Source of the DNA: Candidatus Coprovivens sp.
Lineage (GTDB): Bacteria; Bacillota_I; Bacilli_A; RF39; UBA660
Direction of reading: 5' to 3'
NCBI GenBank assembly: GCA_051892935.1
Contig: JBJFGS010000038.1
Span: forward strand, 32,001-96,000
Length of the DNA stretch: 64,000 nucleotides
Made by a program: the position numbers and the translations under genes. Positions 11,946 to 22,609 of this stretch are shown here, piece by piece. Every line of letters starts with the position of its first letter. Position 1 is the stretch's first letter. The notes under the pieces were generated by a model, which was given only the letters and a program-made list of their open reading frames with translations, was not told the origin of the DNA and ran no database searches.

Positions 11946-12446
11946 TTAATGTTTATTAGAATATTCACAATAAGTATTAGAAATAATACTTCCTGGATTA
12001 CTATATCTAATTTCATCAGTTTCACTATCTTTTTCACCTTTTACTAAAACAAAAGATGAATTATAAAAAATTACTTTTATCAAACCATTATAATTATCTA
12101 AATCTTCAAGAGAATAACCATTCTCATCAACAGGTTCTAAAGCTTCATACCCTTCCGGTAATGAATTTATATAACTTATATACATATCCTTCTCTAAAGG
12201 AAATTTAAACATTCTAAAATATATATGAGTATTAGGTTCAAATACTTTTACTAAAGAAGTATCATCATTTTTTTGTAATTTATTATTATTTAATAACGAT
12301 AATAGCGAAATAGAAGAAGTAATTTTTAAATCATCTTTAAATTCTTTAAAAGACAAAAAAAATTCATCTCTCAAATCATTAAATAATATAGACAAATATG
12401 TAAAAGAATTCCTAATATTAGAACTAATATATTCTTTTAAAACCAC
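11946..12446 (-). CDS. Hypothetical protein, paralog of 11406-11927 without a signal peptide
   Basis: Shared K.F.P..H...PEGYE.L...N...V.V...YS..G pattern. Confidence 0.6.
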   Translation of the reverse strand: MVLKEYISSNIRNSFTYLSILFNDLRDEFFLSFKEFKDDLKITSSISLLSLLNNNKLQKNDDTSLVKVFEPNTHIYFRMFKFPLEKDMYISYINSLPEGYEALEPVDENGYSLEDLDNYNGLIKVIFYNSSFVLVKGEKDSETDEIRYSNPGSIISNTYCEYSNKH

Positions 12447-12521
12447 TTTAATTCACCTCGCTAATGCCTAGAATTATACCACATTACGCAAGAAAAAGCC
12501 AATTTACATAAAAAAGGAGTA

Positions 12522-14279
12522 TTATTCTAATACTCCCTTAATTCTTCTAACACCTGCGGAACTAGCTTCTTCCTTCTTAATTTTAAAATGCCCCAATTCA
12601 CTAGTATTTTTAACATGTGGCCCACCACATAATTCTTTTGAAATAACACCATATTTATCATTACCAATTGAATAAACCGTAACTACATCAGGATACTTTT
12701 CAATAAACATACATTCAGCACCAGACTTAACAGCAACATCTTTTGGCATTTCTTCTACATTTACATCTAAACCAGCACTTATCCATTCATTTACCAAGTT
12801 TTCAGCAGCACTTTTTTCCTCATCAGTTAATTTATGATCACAACTAAAATCAAATCTCATTCTCTCAGAAGTTATATTAGAACCTTTTTGATGAACATCA
12901 GAACCAACCACTACCTTTAAAGCTGCGTTAAGTAAATGTGTACAAGTATGATACTTAGTTTCAACTTCTCCATCACCAGCTAATCCACCTTTAAATTTAC
13001 CAGCAGAAGCCGTTCTACTCTTTTCTTGATGTTCTTTAAACTTAAGAGCAAAACCTTCAGAATCGACTTTTAATCCTTGTTCTGATGCTAATTCTTCAGT
13101 AAGTTCTAAAGGAAAACCAAATGTATCAAATAATCTAAATGCTGTTGCTCCATCTAAATCTTCACCATTACGAGTTACCTTTTCAAATTCTCTCAAACCC
13201 TTTTCTAAAGTTCTATTAAATTTTATTTTCTCACTTCTAAGTACTTCTAAAACAATATCATAATTATCAACTAATTCCTTATAATAACTCTTATATTTAT
13301 CTAATATTAATTTAGCTATTTCTTGTTCCCAATCACCATTAATATCAATATTTAAAGTCTTAGCATGTCTAATAGCTCTTCTAATTAGTCTTCTCAAAAT
13401 ATATCCTTGATCAGTATTACTAGGTTTAATTGAAGCTGGATCAGCACTTATAAAAACAGCAGTTCTTAAATGATCAGCAATTATTCTCATACTCTTTTTA
13501 TTATCTTCATACTTAACACCAGATATTTTAGAAATAAGTTCGATAACATCTTTCCAGATAGAAGATTCATAATTATCATTAACTCCTTCTAATATAGCAG
13601 TAGTTCTTTCAACACCCATACCAGTATCAACATTCTTCTTAGGTAATTCTGTTATACTGCCATCTTTACCTTTATTAAACTGCATAAAAACATTATTCCA
13701 GATTTCCACCCATCTATCATCTTCAGGATCAAAAATACTAGGTACCTCATCATCACTTCTAAAATAAAATATTTCCGTATCAGGTCCACAAGGTCCAGTT
13801 TCTCCAGCTATCCAGAAATTATCATCTACCGTACGAGCAATTCTTTCTTCAGGAATACCTAAACTTAACCATTTATCATGACTTACTTGATCAAATGGAA
13901 TTAACTCATTACCAGCAAAAACAGTAACAGCTAACTTTTCTATAGGTATATTTAAATACTTAGTTAAAAATTCAAAACTCCATTCAATACTCTCATCTTT
14001 AAAGTAATCACCAAGACTCCAATTGCCTAACATTTCAAAGAACGTATGATGTGTTGTATCTCCTACTTCATCTAAGTCATTAGTTCTAATACATTTTTGA
14101 TAATCACATAATCTTGTTCCATAAGGATGCTTTTGCCCCATTAAATATGGTATTAATGGCATCATTCCAGCAGTATTAAATAATACAGATGGATCATTTT
14201 CAGGTACTACAGGAGCACTAGGTATTTGTTTATGTTCTTTACTAACAAAAAAATTAATATATAAATCTTTTAAATTCAT
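12522..14279 (-). CDS. alaS: Alanine--tRNA ligase (short form lacking C-Ala)
   Basis: LFNTAGM, HHTFFEMLGNWS, GPCGP, EIWNNVFMQ, DTGMG; editing motifs HTCTH and ELCGGPHV; ends at GVRRIK. Confidence 0.97.
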   Translation of the reverse strand: MNLKDLYINFFVSKEHKQIPSAPVVPENDPSVLFNTAGMMPLIPYLMGQKHPYGTRLCDYQKCIRTNDLDEVGDTTHHTFFEMLGNWSLGDYFKDESIEWSFEFLTKYLNIPIEKLAVTVFAGNELIPFDQVSHDKWLSLGIPEERIARTVDDNFWIAGETGPCGPDTEIFYFRSDDEVPSIFDPEDDRWVEIWNNVFMQFNKGKDGSITELPKKNVDTGMGVERTTAILEGVNDNYESSIWKDVIELISKISGVKYEDNKKSMRIIADHLRTAVFISADPASIKPSNTDQGYILRRLIRRAIRHAKTLNIDINGDWEQEIAKLILDKYKSYYKELVDNYDIVLEVLRSEKIKFNRTLEKGLREFEKVTRNGEDLDGATAFRLFDTFGFPLELTEELASEQGLKVDSEGFALKFKEHQEKSRTASAGKFKGGLAGDGEVETKYHTCTHLLNAALKVVVGSDVHQKGSNITSERMRFDFSCDHKLTDEEKSAAENLVNEWISAGLDVNVEEMPKDVAVKSGAECMFIEKYPDVVTVYSIGNDKYGVISKELCGGPHVKNTSELGHFKIKKEEASSAGVRRIKGVLE

Positions 14280-14280
14280 T

Positions 14281-14799
14281 CTACTTCATTCCTTCCAATA
14301 TCTCTTTTACTTTTATTTCCAAATTAGAATCAAAATCATTCATAATAATATAATCAAAATTATTATAAGAATCTAATTCAGTTTCAGTATGATGCATTTT
14401 TTCACTATAAGTTAAATCTCTAATACTTTTATTACAATTAACTCTAATAGTAATTGTTTCATAATCAATTAATTTCTTAAAATACTCAATTTCATTTATT
14501 AATCTAACATCACTAATTACAACATTAGAAATTCCTTCACTTTCATAAACCTTTATATCTTCTAATAAACGATTAGTTAAAAAATTCTCATCAATCGCTC
14601 GTAACTTATCCCCCATATTTTGTAGATATTCTCTAGGTTTTGTAATATCTCTTCCATCCCAATTAGTTAATTCTAACGTAAATAATTTTATATATTTACT
14701 AAAAGAAGTAATAACAGTATTATCAAGATTATTCTTTATAATATCAGCGACTTCATTTTTACCACATCCAGCTTTACCAGCAACTAAAAATATCTTCAT
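14281..14799 (-). CDS. P-loop nucleotide-monophosphate-kinase-like protein (dNMP kinase-like)
   Basis: GKAGCGK P-loop, RExLQ, ISDVRLINE, HxxETELD; start refined to ATG 14799 after AAGGAG. Confidence 0.65.
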   Translation of the reverse strand: MKIFLVAGKAGCGKNEVADIIKNNLDNTVITSFSKYIKLFTLELTNWDGRDITKPREYLQNMGDKLRAIDENFLTNRLLEDIKVYESEGISNVVISDVRLINEIEYFKKLIDYETITIRVNCNKSIRDLTYSEKMHHTETELDSYNNFDYIIMNDFDSNLEIKVKEILEGMK

Positions 14800-14816
14800 A
14801 AGAACACTCCTTAAAT

Positions 14817-15000
14817 AAAAAACCACATTACTTGCCAAGGAGCAAATAATGCGGTACCATCCTTTATTTTACTTAATTCATATAACGGTTTAATCCGGTT
14901 AATCTCAGATAGGTAGCTATTTCCTTTTTCTTTTTCTTAGTTCCCACCAACCACTAAGTCTCTATAAAATTTCCAAAGTACTTTGCCTTCTTCATAGATT
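14817..15000 (-). promoter_or_regulatory. T-box riboswitch (Ala specifier GCU) upstream of the kinase-alaS operon
   Basis: Stem I AGAGA...GGTGGGAA motif, specifier loop GAAATA-GCT-ACC (14915-14917), T-box AAGGATGGTACCGC (14851-14864), terminator with U-tract (14817-14856); promoter TTTACA-17-TATAAT at 15050-15022. Confidence 0.9.
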
Positions 15001-15070
15001 AATAACAAAATCAATAACTAGATTATATATGAATATTTTAAATTTGTAAAGTTTAAATTATTTTTTTAAT

Positions 15071-17923
15071 TTAAATATGTACACCTTTCTTAGCAGAAAG
15101 AGCATAACTTGAAAGTCGCTGTTCATTTTTTAATTTTATAGCAGAACGCACAACACCGGATAAATAAGTATAATTTAAAGAATCAAAAGAATGCTTTAAT
15201 ATTTGTATTGCACTCTCTAAATCATCCATATCAAAAAAGTATTTTTCACCAAAACAACTATCACTAAACCATCCTTGTTCTGTTAGTTCTCTGCAAGCCT
15301 TAATAACATTAGGAGAGACAGAGTAACTATTATTAGCATCCAACACTTTCATAGGAACTCTTGCATTTGCAGATGTTTTAATATGGAATTCAAAGTTAGA
15401 ATCAATACCTTTGCTCATTTTTGTTTCATTATAAGTGTCATAGAATTCTAAAATAGCATTATTCATCGAAGGTATTATAACATTAGGAAGATGTAACATA
15501 TGAACACTATGAGTAAATTCCAAATACTTATCTAACATATATAAAACTGCACAATTGGAATTACTATCATACCTAATATCTATAAGATAACCGTATTTTT
15601 CATAAAACTGACTAGCTTCTTCTTTAGTTACTCTTAAAGAATCACTATTATCATTGTTTTCCGTTCTCATCTTCTTCAAGTCTTCATAGAATTTTATAAT
15701 AATATTTTTAATAAATTCTTCTTTATAATCAAAATCATTTACACATTCGATTGCCAAATCAAAATATAATGAATAAAATTCAGAATCACTAACAAATTTA
15801 TCTAAAAAAGAATCAATAAATGAAGAATTAAAATCTCCATTTTTTACATTACCTAAATATTGTATCAAAGCACTTCTTTTATCAGTAACAGAAGAATCAC
15901 ATAATATAGTTCTTACTTTCTTAATAACAGAAGACAATTTACTTCCATACAACAGATTATTAGGAATCAAACAATTATCTTTTATATCAGATAAAAGCCT
16001 ATCTGTTACCTTCTTCAATTCATTAAATTTAAAAGTAAAATTTTTCGCAAACAGATTAGAATAATGATCAACTACTCTTAAATAATTATATATTGTATAA
16101 TCACTTACATCATGAGCCATATTATTTTCCAAATATGCAAAATATATTAAAGTATGTATTCTATCCCTTTTCCAATTGAAAACTTTGTTTTTATATAAAT
16201 CTTTCATTGCATAACTACCATCACTATTTGGAAGTGTATAATAATTATTTTTATAAAAATCATCAAGATTAATTCTAGAATGATATCGTAAAGCCATAAT
16301 ATCAAATAATTTAATAATATCTTTTTCACTCATACTATCTGAACTAAAATCAAAGTCTTCTAATTTAAAAGATAAACACGTTTCAATAGAACCATAAAAA
16401 CCATACTCTTTCATTTCTTCAAATCGATAAAAAGAATCACCAATTTCATCATTAATACCAGAATCCTCTATATTAAAATAATTAATTATCTGAGGATTTA
16501 TTTTTAATAAATCTATAAAAGATTCACAAAACCTATTATTACTTTTACGTAAGTTTTTTAAAATGAAATCATATATATCTTCAAAAGAACAATTTAAATC
16601 TTTTAAAGATTTAAAATAATTTTCACAAAGTAAAAAGTAAACAGCAAAATTATTACTATTAATATCAGGAAATGACATTAAAGAAGCATCGCCTTTATAA
16701 CAAAGAGAACCATAATCATTAATATAATAATCGGAAAATATTTCTTTTACTTTTAAAATGGCATCATCATAAGAAATCTTACCATCTATTTCATCTTTCT
16801 TTATTTGAGCAATAGCTTTCATAGTATTAAGAGTATAAATAGAGCCACCTCTACCAATTCTAAATAAACTATTACTATTCTTATCAAGATAATAATATAA
16901 ATAAAGTTTTGAACCTAATTCATCGGCAATAATATTAGATAAATCGCAAAAATCAGCAATCTTATAGGATAAAAAACCTGAAAAATCAATATAAGAATCT
17001 AAACTCATAACAATCTCATCAAACAATGATAGATTTTCATCCTTCATAAAATAATCAAAAATATTAAAATTTGATGAAAATAAATTTTTACTAATACTAT
17101 CCAATCTATTAAATATTTCTTTAAAAGAACCAAAAATAGATTTATAGGATCTTAATTTTTCAATTTTATGTTTCAAATCAGTATAAAATATCCCTATATT
17201 ATTTAAAGGTGCATATCGTTCTTTAAAAAAAGCAATATCTTCAGACAATTTAAAAGAATAAAAAGGAAAAGCGCCATCAACTAAAGGTATTTGACACATC
17301 TCACATATACTTAAATTATTAATAATACTTGGAATACGATTTAAAATCAACTTATCAAAACAGTAATTAGAAATATTATATCCAATATCGTAATGTGTTG
17401 GTAAAAGTGTATAAAATAATCTAGGGATATCACTATTATGAGCAATATCATTAATTATACTACTAAAATCATCAATGCTTCCATAAGCTTCATAAACATC
17501 TTCACTAGGAACAGAATCAACAATCAAAGAATGTTCTACTTCAAGTGTATCAAGAGAAACATGAGTAAGAGAAAAATCTCTATAAGAAAATAAATTATAT
17601 AAAAGTTTTACATCATCAATTATATTAATAGTACCATTAGTTCGTTTTTTTAAATCAATTAAATACTCAAAATTCTTATAAATACAATCAAAATTTCCTT
17701 CAAAAACAGCTTTAACAAAAAAAAATCTAAAATTTTTATCATAAAAATAGTTTTTTTTATCTAAATCCAATATCAGTCTTGAAAGATTATAATAATTAGA
17801 AAGAATAATATATAGATTTTCATTTTTCTTTTGAGAATAATCTGGTAATTCAAAATCTCTACTTACAATATTATACAAAGATTCTAAAAAACTATCATCA
17901 AATATATTTTGTATACTACCCAT
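15071..17923 (-). CDS. Large hypothetical protein (950 aa)
   Basis: Long ORF rich in D/F/Y/S; no recognisable domain. Confidence 0.65.
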   Translation of the reverse strand: MGSIQNIFDDSFLESLYNIVSRDFELPDYSQKKNENLYIILSNYYNLSRLILDLDKKNYFYDKNFRFFFVKAVFEGNFDCIYKNFEYLIDLKKRTNGTINIIDDVKLLYNLFSYRDFSLTHVSLDTLEVEHSLIVDSVPSEDVYEAYGSIDDFSSIINDIAHNSDIPRLFYTLLPTHYDIGYNISNYCFDKLILNRIPSIINNLSICEMCQIPLVDGAFPFYSFKLSEDIAFFKERYAPLNNIGIFYTDLKHKIEKLRSYKSIFGSFKEIFNRLDSISKNLFSSNFNIFDYFMKDENLSLFDEIVMSLDSYIDFSGFLSYKIADFCDLSNIIADELGSKLYLYYYLDKNSNSLFRIGRGGSIYTLNTMKAIAQIKKDEIDGKISYDDAILKVKEIFSDYYINDYGSLCYKGDASLMSFPDINSNNFAVYFLLCENYFKSLKDLNCSFEDIYDFILKNLRKSNNRFCESFIDLLKINPQIINYFNIEDSGINDEIGDSFYRFEEMKEYGFYGSIETCLSFKLEDFDFSSDSMSEKDIIKLFDIMALRYHSRINLDDFYKNNYYTLPNSDGSYAMKDLYKNKVFNWKRDRIHTLIYFAYLENNMAHDVSDYTIYNYLRVVDHYSNLFAKNFTFKFNELKKVTDRLLSDIKDNCLIPNNLLYGSKLSSVIKKVRTILCDSSVTDKRSALIQYLGNVKNGDFNSSFIDSFLDKFVSDSEFYSLYFDLAIECVNDFDYKEEFIKNIIIKFYEDLKKMRTENNDNSDSLRVTKEEASQFYEKYGYLIDIRYDSNSNCAVLYMLDKYLEFTHSVHMLHLPNVIIPSMNNAILEFYDTYNETKMSKGIDSNFEFHIKTSANARVPMKVLDANNSYSVSPNVIKACRELTEQGWFSDSCFGEKYFFDMDDLESAIQILKHSFDSLNYTYLSGVVRSAIKLKNEQRLSSYALSAKKGVHI

Positions 17924-17980
17924 ATCCTACCACTATCCTACATTTATTATAACAAAAAAAAGAAATGTTTTAAACATTTC

Positions 17981-18580
17981 TTATATATTAGGTGCTTTAG
18001 GTTTAAAGTATAATTGGATTCCTTCATCTTCAGGAATTGAATAAACAAGTCCCATTAATTTTTTCTCATTAAGTTCTTTCTTCAACTCTTCTTTTCTTCC
18101 TTTATTTCCAAATATTTTCTTTAATTCTTTAGCAAATTTAATTGGACTATTATATAAAGCAATAGCACAAACATAAACAAAAGCAGTTAAATAATCATCA
18201 GTAGATATTTCAAAAGTCATTAAACCCAACCAAAACATTGTAAGATAAACTAAACACTTACGATTTCTAAAAAAAACTTCAAACAATTTTTTAAAAAATA
18301 ATTTAAATTTACTCATTTTTAATATTTCAGCTTCTGATAAATCTCTTATTTCCATAACTTTTTGATATGTTTTTATACTATCATCTGGAGACTTCATCTT
18401 AACTTGTTTATCAGTTATAACACTATAATTGTCATCGATATCCAATTCTCCACTAAAACTTAAACCTGTTTCCTCGATAGGCAACATCATAGTTAAAATT
18501 TCAAATTCAAAAACTGAATCACAATAAAAGTTTCTATTTTCACTTTCTTCTTCAAGTCCAAATTCAACATCTTCAGCCAT
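17981..18580 (-). CDS. Hypothetical membrane protein (2 TM)
   Basis: Start refined to MAEDV after GGGGAG; two hydrophobic segments. Confidence 0.6.
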   Translation of the reverse strand: MAEDVEFGLEEESENRNFYCDSVFEFEILTMMLPIEETGLSFSGELDIDDNYSVITDKQVKMKSPDDSIKTYQKVMEIRDLSEAEILKMSKFKLFFKKLFEVFFRNRKCLVYLTMFWLGLMTFEISTDDYLTAFVYVCAIALYNSPIKFAKELKKIFGNKGRKEELKKELNEKKLMGLVYSIPEDEGIQLYFKPKAPNI

Positions 18581-18739
18581 AATAAAACTCCCCTTTTTTC
18601 GTAGTGTTATTATATAAAAAACTTTTAAAAAAAGCAAATTCTCTATAACAACTTTAATTCTTTGCTAAATCTTGTCTCTATTAACATATTTATTATTTCA
18701 TCTTCTAAAATACATTATATACAAAACAAAAAAATACCA

Positions 18740-19054
18740 CTATTGTGATATCTTACCCAATACCGGACCATCACCAATTGAAGCTTGTTCTTTCATCACT
18801 TCTTGATAGCAATTCATTCCATAATGATTTAATTCATCTAACTTTTCATAATCAGTAATAACACGTAAAATTCCTTCTAGCCCAGTAGTAATACCATATA
18901 AAGCTTTAAATTCCGCAACATTAATATACTTTGCCATACAATTATTTAAATAATAATTCAAAGAAATTCTTCTGCCTTCAGTTAAATCACAATATCTTTC
19001 AAACATCATCATAACATAATCATATAAATTCATTTGATCTATTAGTTCTTCCAT
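18740..19054 (-). CDS. Hypothetical protein
   Basis: 104-aa ORF with AAGGGGG RBS. Confidence 0.55.
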   Translation of the reverse strand: MEELIDQMNLYDYVMMMFERYCDLTEGRRISLNYYLNNCMAKYINVAEFKALYGITTGLEGILRVITDYEKLDELNHYGMNCYQEVMKEQASIGDGPVLGKISQ

Positions 19055-19100
19055 TTATTTCTTCCCCCTTAATAAAGACAGGAATTTCATTGTACAATTT

Positions 19101-20138
19101 TTAATATTTAAAGTCAAGTATATCTTTTTTACATTTCTTAATCACTTTATTAAAGTTATCTATTAATACTTTTAAGATTGCAAGTACTGGAGTTGCAAAA
19201 ATCATTCCAAAAATACCAAACAATCTTCCAAACACTAATAATCCTACTATAACAATTACTGGACTTATCTTAATACTCTTACTCATTATAATAGGTTGCA
19301 AAACATAATTTTCAACACATTGAACAGCTACACAAGATATTATAGTTAAAATACCTAAAAACTTACTTTCAGTTAAACCAACTAATACAGCTGTAATCCC
19401 ACCTATATAAGGACCAATATAAGGAATTAAATCTGTAACACCACATATCATTCCTAGTAAAAAAGGCGAATCAATACCAATAATCAAAAATGATATACTA
19501 TCTAATAAAAAAACAAAGCTTGCAATTAATATAGTACCATTAACACATCTTCTAACATTATCACTAACTTCTCTTGATAAATTAATAAAAACACACTTAT
19601 ATTTCATAGGAATTATTCTGTACACATAACATATTATTTTTTCATAATCCATACTAATATAAAGTCCTAATATCAAACCCATTACAATAACACCAACATA
19701 CTTAAATACACTACCAACAAAAGTAATTAATAAATTAGGAACCTTATTAACAATAAAAGAAATACCTTTATCTAAAAACTCTCTAAATCCCAATACTTCA
19801 ACTTTTTCTTCAATAGTATTAAAAAATTTAGGTAACATTTCAATAATTTCAAATACTTCTTTATACAATAAAGGAACAACAAAATAAACAAACAATCCAA
19901 ATAAAACAACAATTATCAAAAATAATAATACACAAATAATATTTCTGTTAATTTTCTTACTAAATTTATTAACTAATGGATTAATCATCCAAGCATATAT
20001 GAATCCTATAAATAAAGGAATAAATACATTAAAAATAATAACTACATACTTAAAAATATTTAGATATTTAAATAAAAATACTATTAAAATAGACGAAATA
20101 AGTATTAACACTAATTCTTTCAATTTATCTATTCTCAT
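19101..20138 (-). CDS. AI-2E family transporter (YrrI-like)
   Basis: LIPYIGPYIG, Q.VENYVLQPIIM, G.LFGIFGMIFATP; located between recD2 and alaS as in Bacillus. Confidence 0.9.
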   Translation of the reverse strand: MRIDKLKELVLILISSILIVFLFKYLNIFKYVVIIFNVFIPLFIGFIYAWMINPLVNKFSKKINRNIICVLLFLIIVVLFGLFVYFVVPLLYKEVFEIIEMLPKFFNTIEEKVEVLGFREFLDKGISFIVNKVPNLLITFVGSVFKYVGVIVMGLILGLYISMDYEKIICYVYRIIPMKYKCVFINLSREVSDNVRRCVNGTILIASFVFLLDSISFLIIGIDSPFLLGMICGVTDLIPYIGPYIGGITAVLVGLTESKFLGILTIISCVAVQCVENYVLQPIIMSKSIKISPVIVIVGLLVFGRLFGIFGMIFATPVLAILKVLIDNFNKVIKKCKKDILDFKY

Positions 20139-20172
20139 ATATCACCTATATAAAAAAGGACCAAATAAGGTC

Positions 20173-20310
20173 CTACATTTCTTCAATAATACAATATGTA
20201 TCATTTTTCATTTTATTCTTAATACAACTAACTACAATACCAAGAGCCATTGACATAACAGAAGCCGATACTAGTATCATCATCTCTTTTTTACTTATTT
20301 TTTTCATCAT
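20173..20310 (-). CDS. 45-aa small membrane peptide missing from the ORF track
   Basis: GAGGTGAT RBS; MMKKISKKEMMILVSASVMSMALGIVVSCIKNKMKNDTYCIIEEM*; followed by the hairpin aggacc/ggtcct. Confidence 0.65.
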   Translation of the reverse strand: MMKKISKKEMMILVSASVMSMALGIVVSCIKNKMKNDTYCIIEEM

Positions 20311-20328
20311 AATCACCTCTATTAGGTA

Positions 20329-22533
20329 TTATGCATCATTTTCTACAAATTTATTCAGTATTTGTTCTCTTAAATTAGTCTTTCTATTATTAGAATAATC
20401 ATTATTAACAGCCATAACAAAGCTTTCTTCTTCCCCAATAATTATTAAACTCTTTTTAGCTCTAGAAACTCCTGTATAAATAAGTTTATTATAAAGCATC
20501 TTATAATAAGCTTTACTAATAGGCATTATTACATGAGCAAACTCAGATCCCTGACTCTTATGTATCGTAATAGCATAAGCATGCTTAATATTAATTAAAT
20601 CTTCTCTAGTATATTGAACTTCATTACCATCAAAATCAATCGTAAAAACATCCTTATTCTTACTTCCTATCATAGTTCCTATACTACTAATATAGCCTAT
20701 GTCACCATTAAATATATTATTATCAGGATCATTTACTAATTGTAAAACTTTATCTCCAACTCTATAAGTTAAATCACCAACCTTAGTTTCCTTTTTATCA
20801 GGATGTTTAGGATTAAATATTTCTTGTAATAAAATATTTAAATTATCAATACCATTTTCTCCTTTATACATCGGAGCTAATACTTGAATATCTTCTTCAG
20901 TAAGACCTTTTTCCTTACTCATTACACATATTCTTCTAATCATTTCTTTAATAGTCAAACCACTTGCATGTAAAAAATTATAATCATCAGTTTGTTTCAT
21001 AAACTCATTACTTAAATTATGTTCTTTAATCTCCTTAGCAAGTATTGGTATATATGAATTATCACTTTGACGATAAATCTGTTCTAAAGTAGTATGTGTA
21101 AACATATCAGAATCAATCAAATCATTTAATATTAAACCAGGTCCCACACTAGGCAATTGATTACTATCTCCAACCAAAACTAATGTAATATTATGACCTA
21201 TACCTTGTAATAAAGATGCAAATAAATAAGTATCAATCATACTAGTTTCATCTACAATAATAAGTTTATGATAATTCTTATTATATTCATTTATTTGAAA
21301 TTCATTTTTCTCTTTATTCCATTTTAAATATCTATGAATAGTCATTGCTGGCAATCCAGTAGAATCACTCATCTTTTTAGCAGCCCTACCAGTCGGTGCA
21401 AGTAACGCAATATCATTAATAATTTCCTTATAATTTAAATTATGAATTCTAACATACAGCTTAACTATACTATTTATAATAGTTGTTTTCCCAGTCCCAG
21501 GTCCACCTGTAATAATACTTATTCTGTTAGTTAAAGCATTTTTAATAGCTTTCTTTTGATCGGCATTATATCGAACATCATACTCTAGTTGAACTGCCGC
21601 AATTAAATCATCAAAATTATTAACTCTTGTTTTACTATGCCTACTAATCATTTCCAAATTATCAGCAATAATTTCCTCATAATCATAATAATCTTTTAAA
21701 AAATATTTCTTTTTTTTGACAACAATATCTTTATTCTTCTTTAACTTATCTAGATATTCATCAAACTCATCTTCTTCTATAAATATCTTAAATTCATTTC
21801 TAATAGTACTAAATATTTCTTCTTTATCTAAATATGTATCTCCATTTTTAAATCCAACTCTTTTAAACGTTTCAATTATACAAGCAAGTACCCTTTCTTC
21901 ACATTCTGCATCTTTCATACTTAAAAATACTTTATCTAATTTAGTAAAATCTATAATATCTATAAGTTTATATATATCATTTTTTACAATTTCTAAACTA
22001 CTTTCTCCCCATTTATTTAAAATAGCTAAAGCTTCATTAATTGTAAAACTCAACTTCTTAAGTTCGACTATTATTTGATCAGTACTTTGATATTTAACAA
22101 TCGAATTATATATTCTTTTAGCTTTAACTTCACTTATTCCAGGTACTAACATCAAATTTTCATAATTATCTTTTATTAAAGTTAAAGCATCTTCGCCTAA
22201 CGTTTCAACTATAGCAATAGCTGTTTTCTCTCCACATCCTTTTACTAAAGAACTAGATAAAAAATCTATTATAGCATCTTTTCCTTTAGGTTCTTCTCTT
22301 TCATAACTAGATACTTGAAATTGACTACCATATCTTTCATTATATACATATTTACCAATCAACTTATAATAATCTTCGTTATTTAAATCAGCAAAATATC
22401 CCGTAAAAGTAATCGTTTTATTAATATACTCCTCCATTTCGGAAGAAGCCTCTTTAACTCTAAATAGCCCTACTTTATATCCATTATCTGATTCAAAAAT
22501 CATTTGTTTAAATTTTCCTCTAATGTAATCCAT
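20329..22533 (-). CDS. recD2: ATP-dependent RecD-like DNA helicase
   Basis: GGPGTGKTT, LAPTGRAAK, VDETSM, GDSNQLPSVGPG, AYAITIHKSQGSE, YTGVSRAK. Confidence 0.96.
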   Translation of the reverse strand: MDYIRGKFKQMIFESDNGYKVGLFRVKEASSEMEEYINKTITFTGYFADLNNEDYYKLIGKYVYNERYGSQFQVSSYEREEPKGKDAIIDFLSSSLVKGCGEKTAIAIVETLGEDALTLIKDNYENLMLVPGISEVKAKRIYNSIVKYQSTDQIIVELKKLSFTINEALAILNKWGESSLEIVKNDIYKLIDIIDFTKLDKVFLSMKDAECEERVLACIIETFKRVGFKNGDTYLDKEEIFSTIRNEFKIFIEEDEFDEYLDKLKKNKDIVVKKKKYFLKDYYDYEEIIADNLEMISRHSKTRVNNFDDLIAAVQLEYDVRYNADQKKAIKNALTNRISIITGGPGTGKTTIINSIVKLYVRIHNLNYKEIINDIALLAPTGRAAKKMSDSTGLPAMTIHRYLKWNKEKNEFQINEYNKNYHKLIIVDETSMIDTYLFASLLQGIGHNITLVLVGDSNQLPSVGPGLILNDLIDSDMFTHTTLEQIYRQSDNSYIPILAKEIKEHNLSNEFMKQTDDYNFLHASGLTIKEMIRRICVMSKEKGLTEEDIQVLAPMYKGENGIDNLNILLQEIFNPKHPDKKETKVGDLTYRVGDKVLQLVNDPDNNIFNGDIGYISSIGTMIGSKNKDVFTIDFDGNEVQYTREDLINIKHAYAITIHKSQGSEFAHVIMPISKAYYKMLYNKLIYTGVSRAKKSLIIIGEEESFVMAVNNDYSNNRKTNLREQILNKFVENDA

Positions 22534-22609
22534 GTAAGTATCACCTTATTAAATTTTATCACGTAGAAACAAAAAAAGCGAATATATTTTCGCTTTTTAC
22601 AAAAATGAC

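Noticed and set aside
18640-18715. Short open frame ILEDEIINMLIETRFSKELKLL resembling a gene remnant
   Set aside because: No RBS and too short to support
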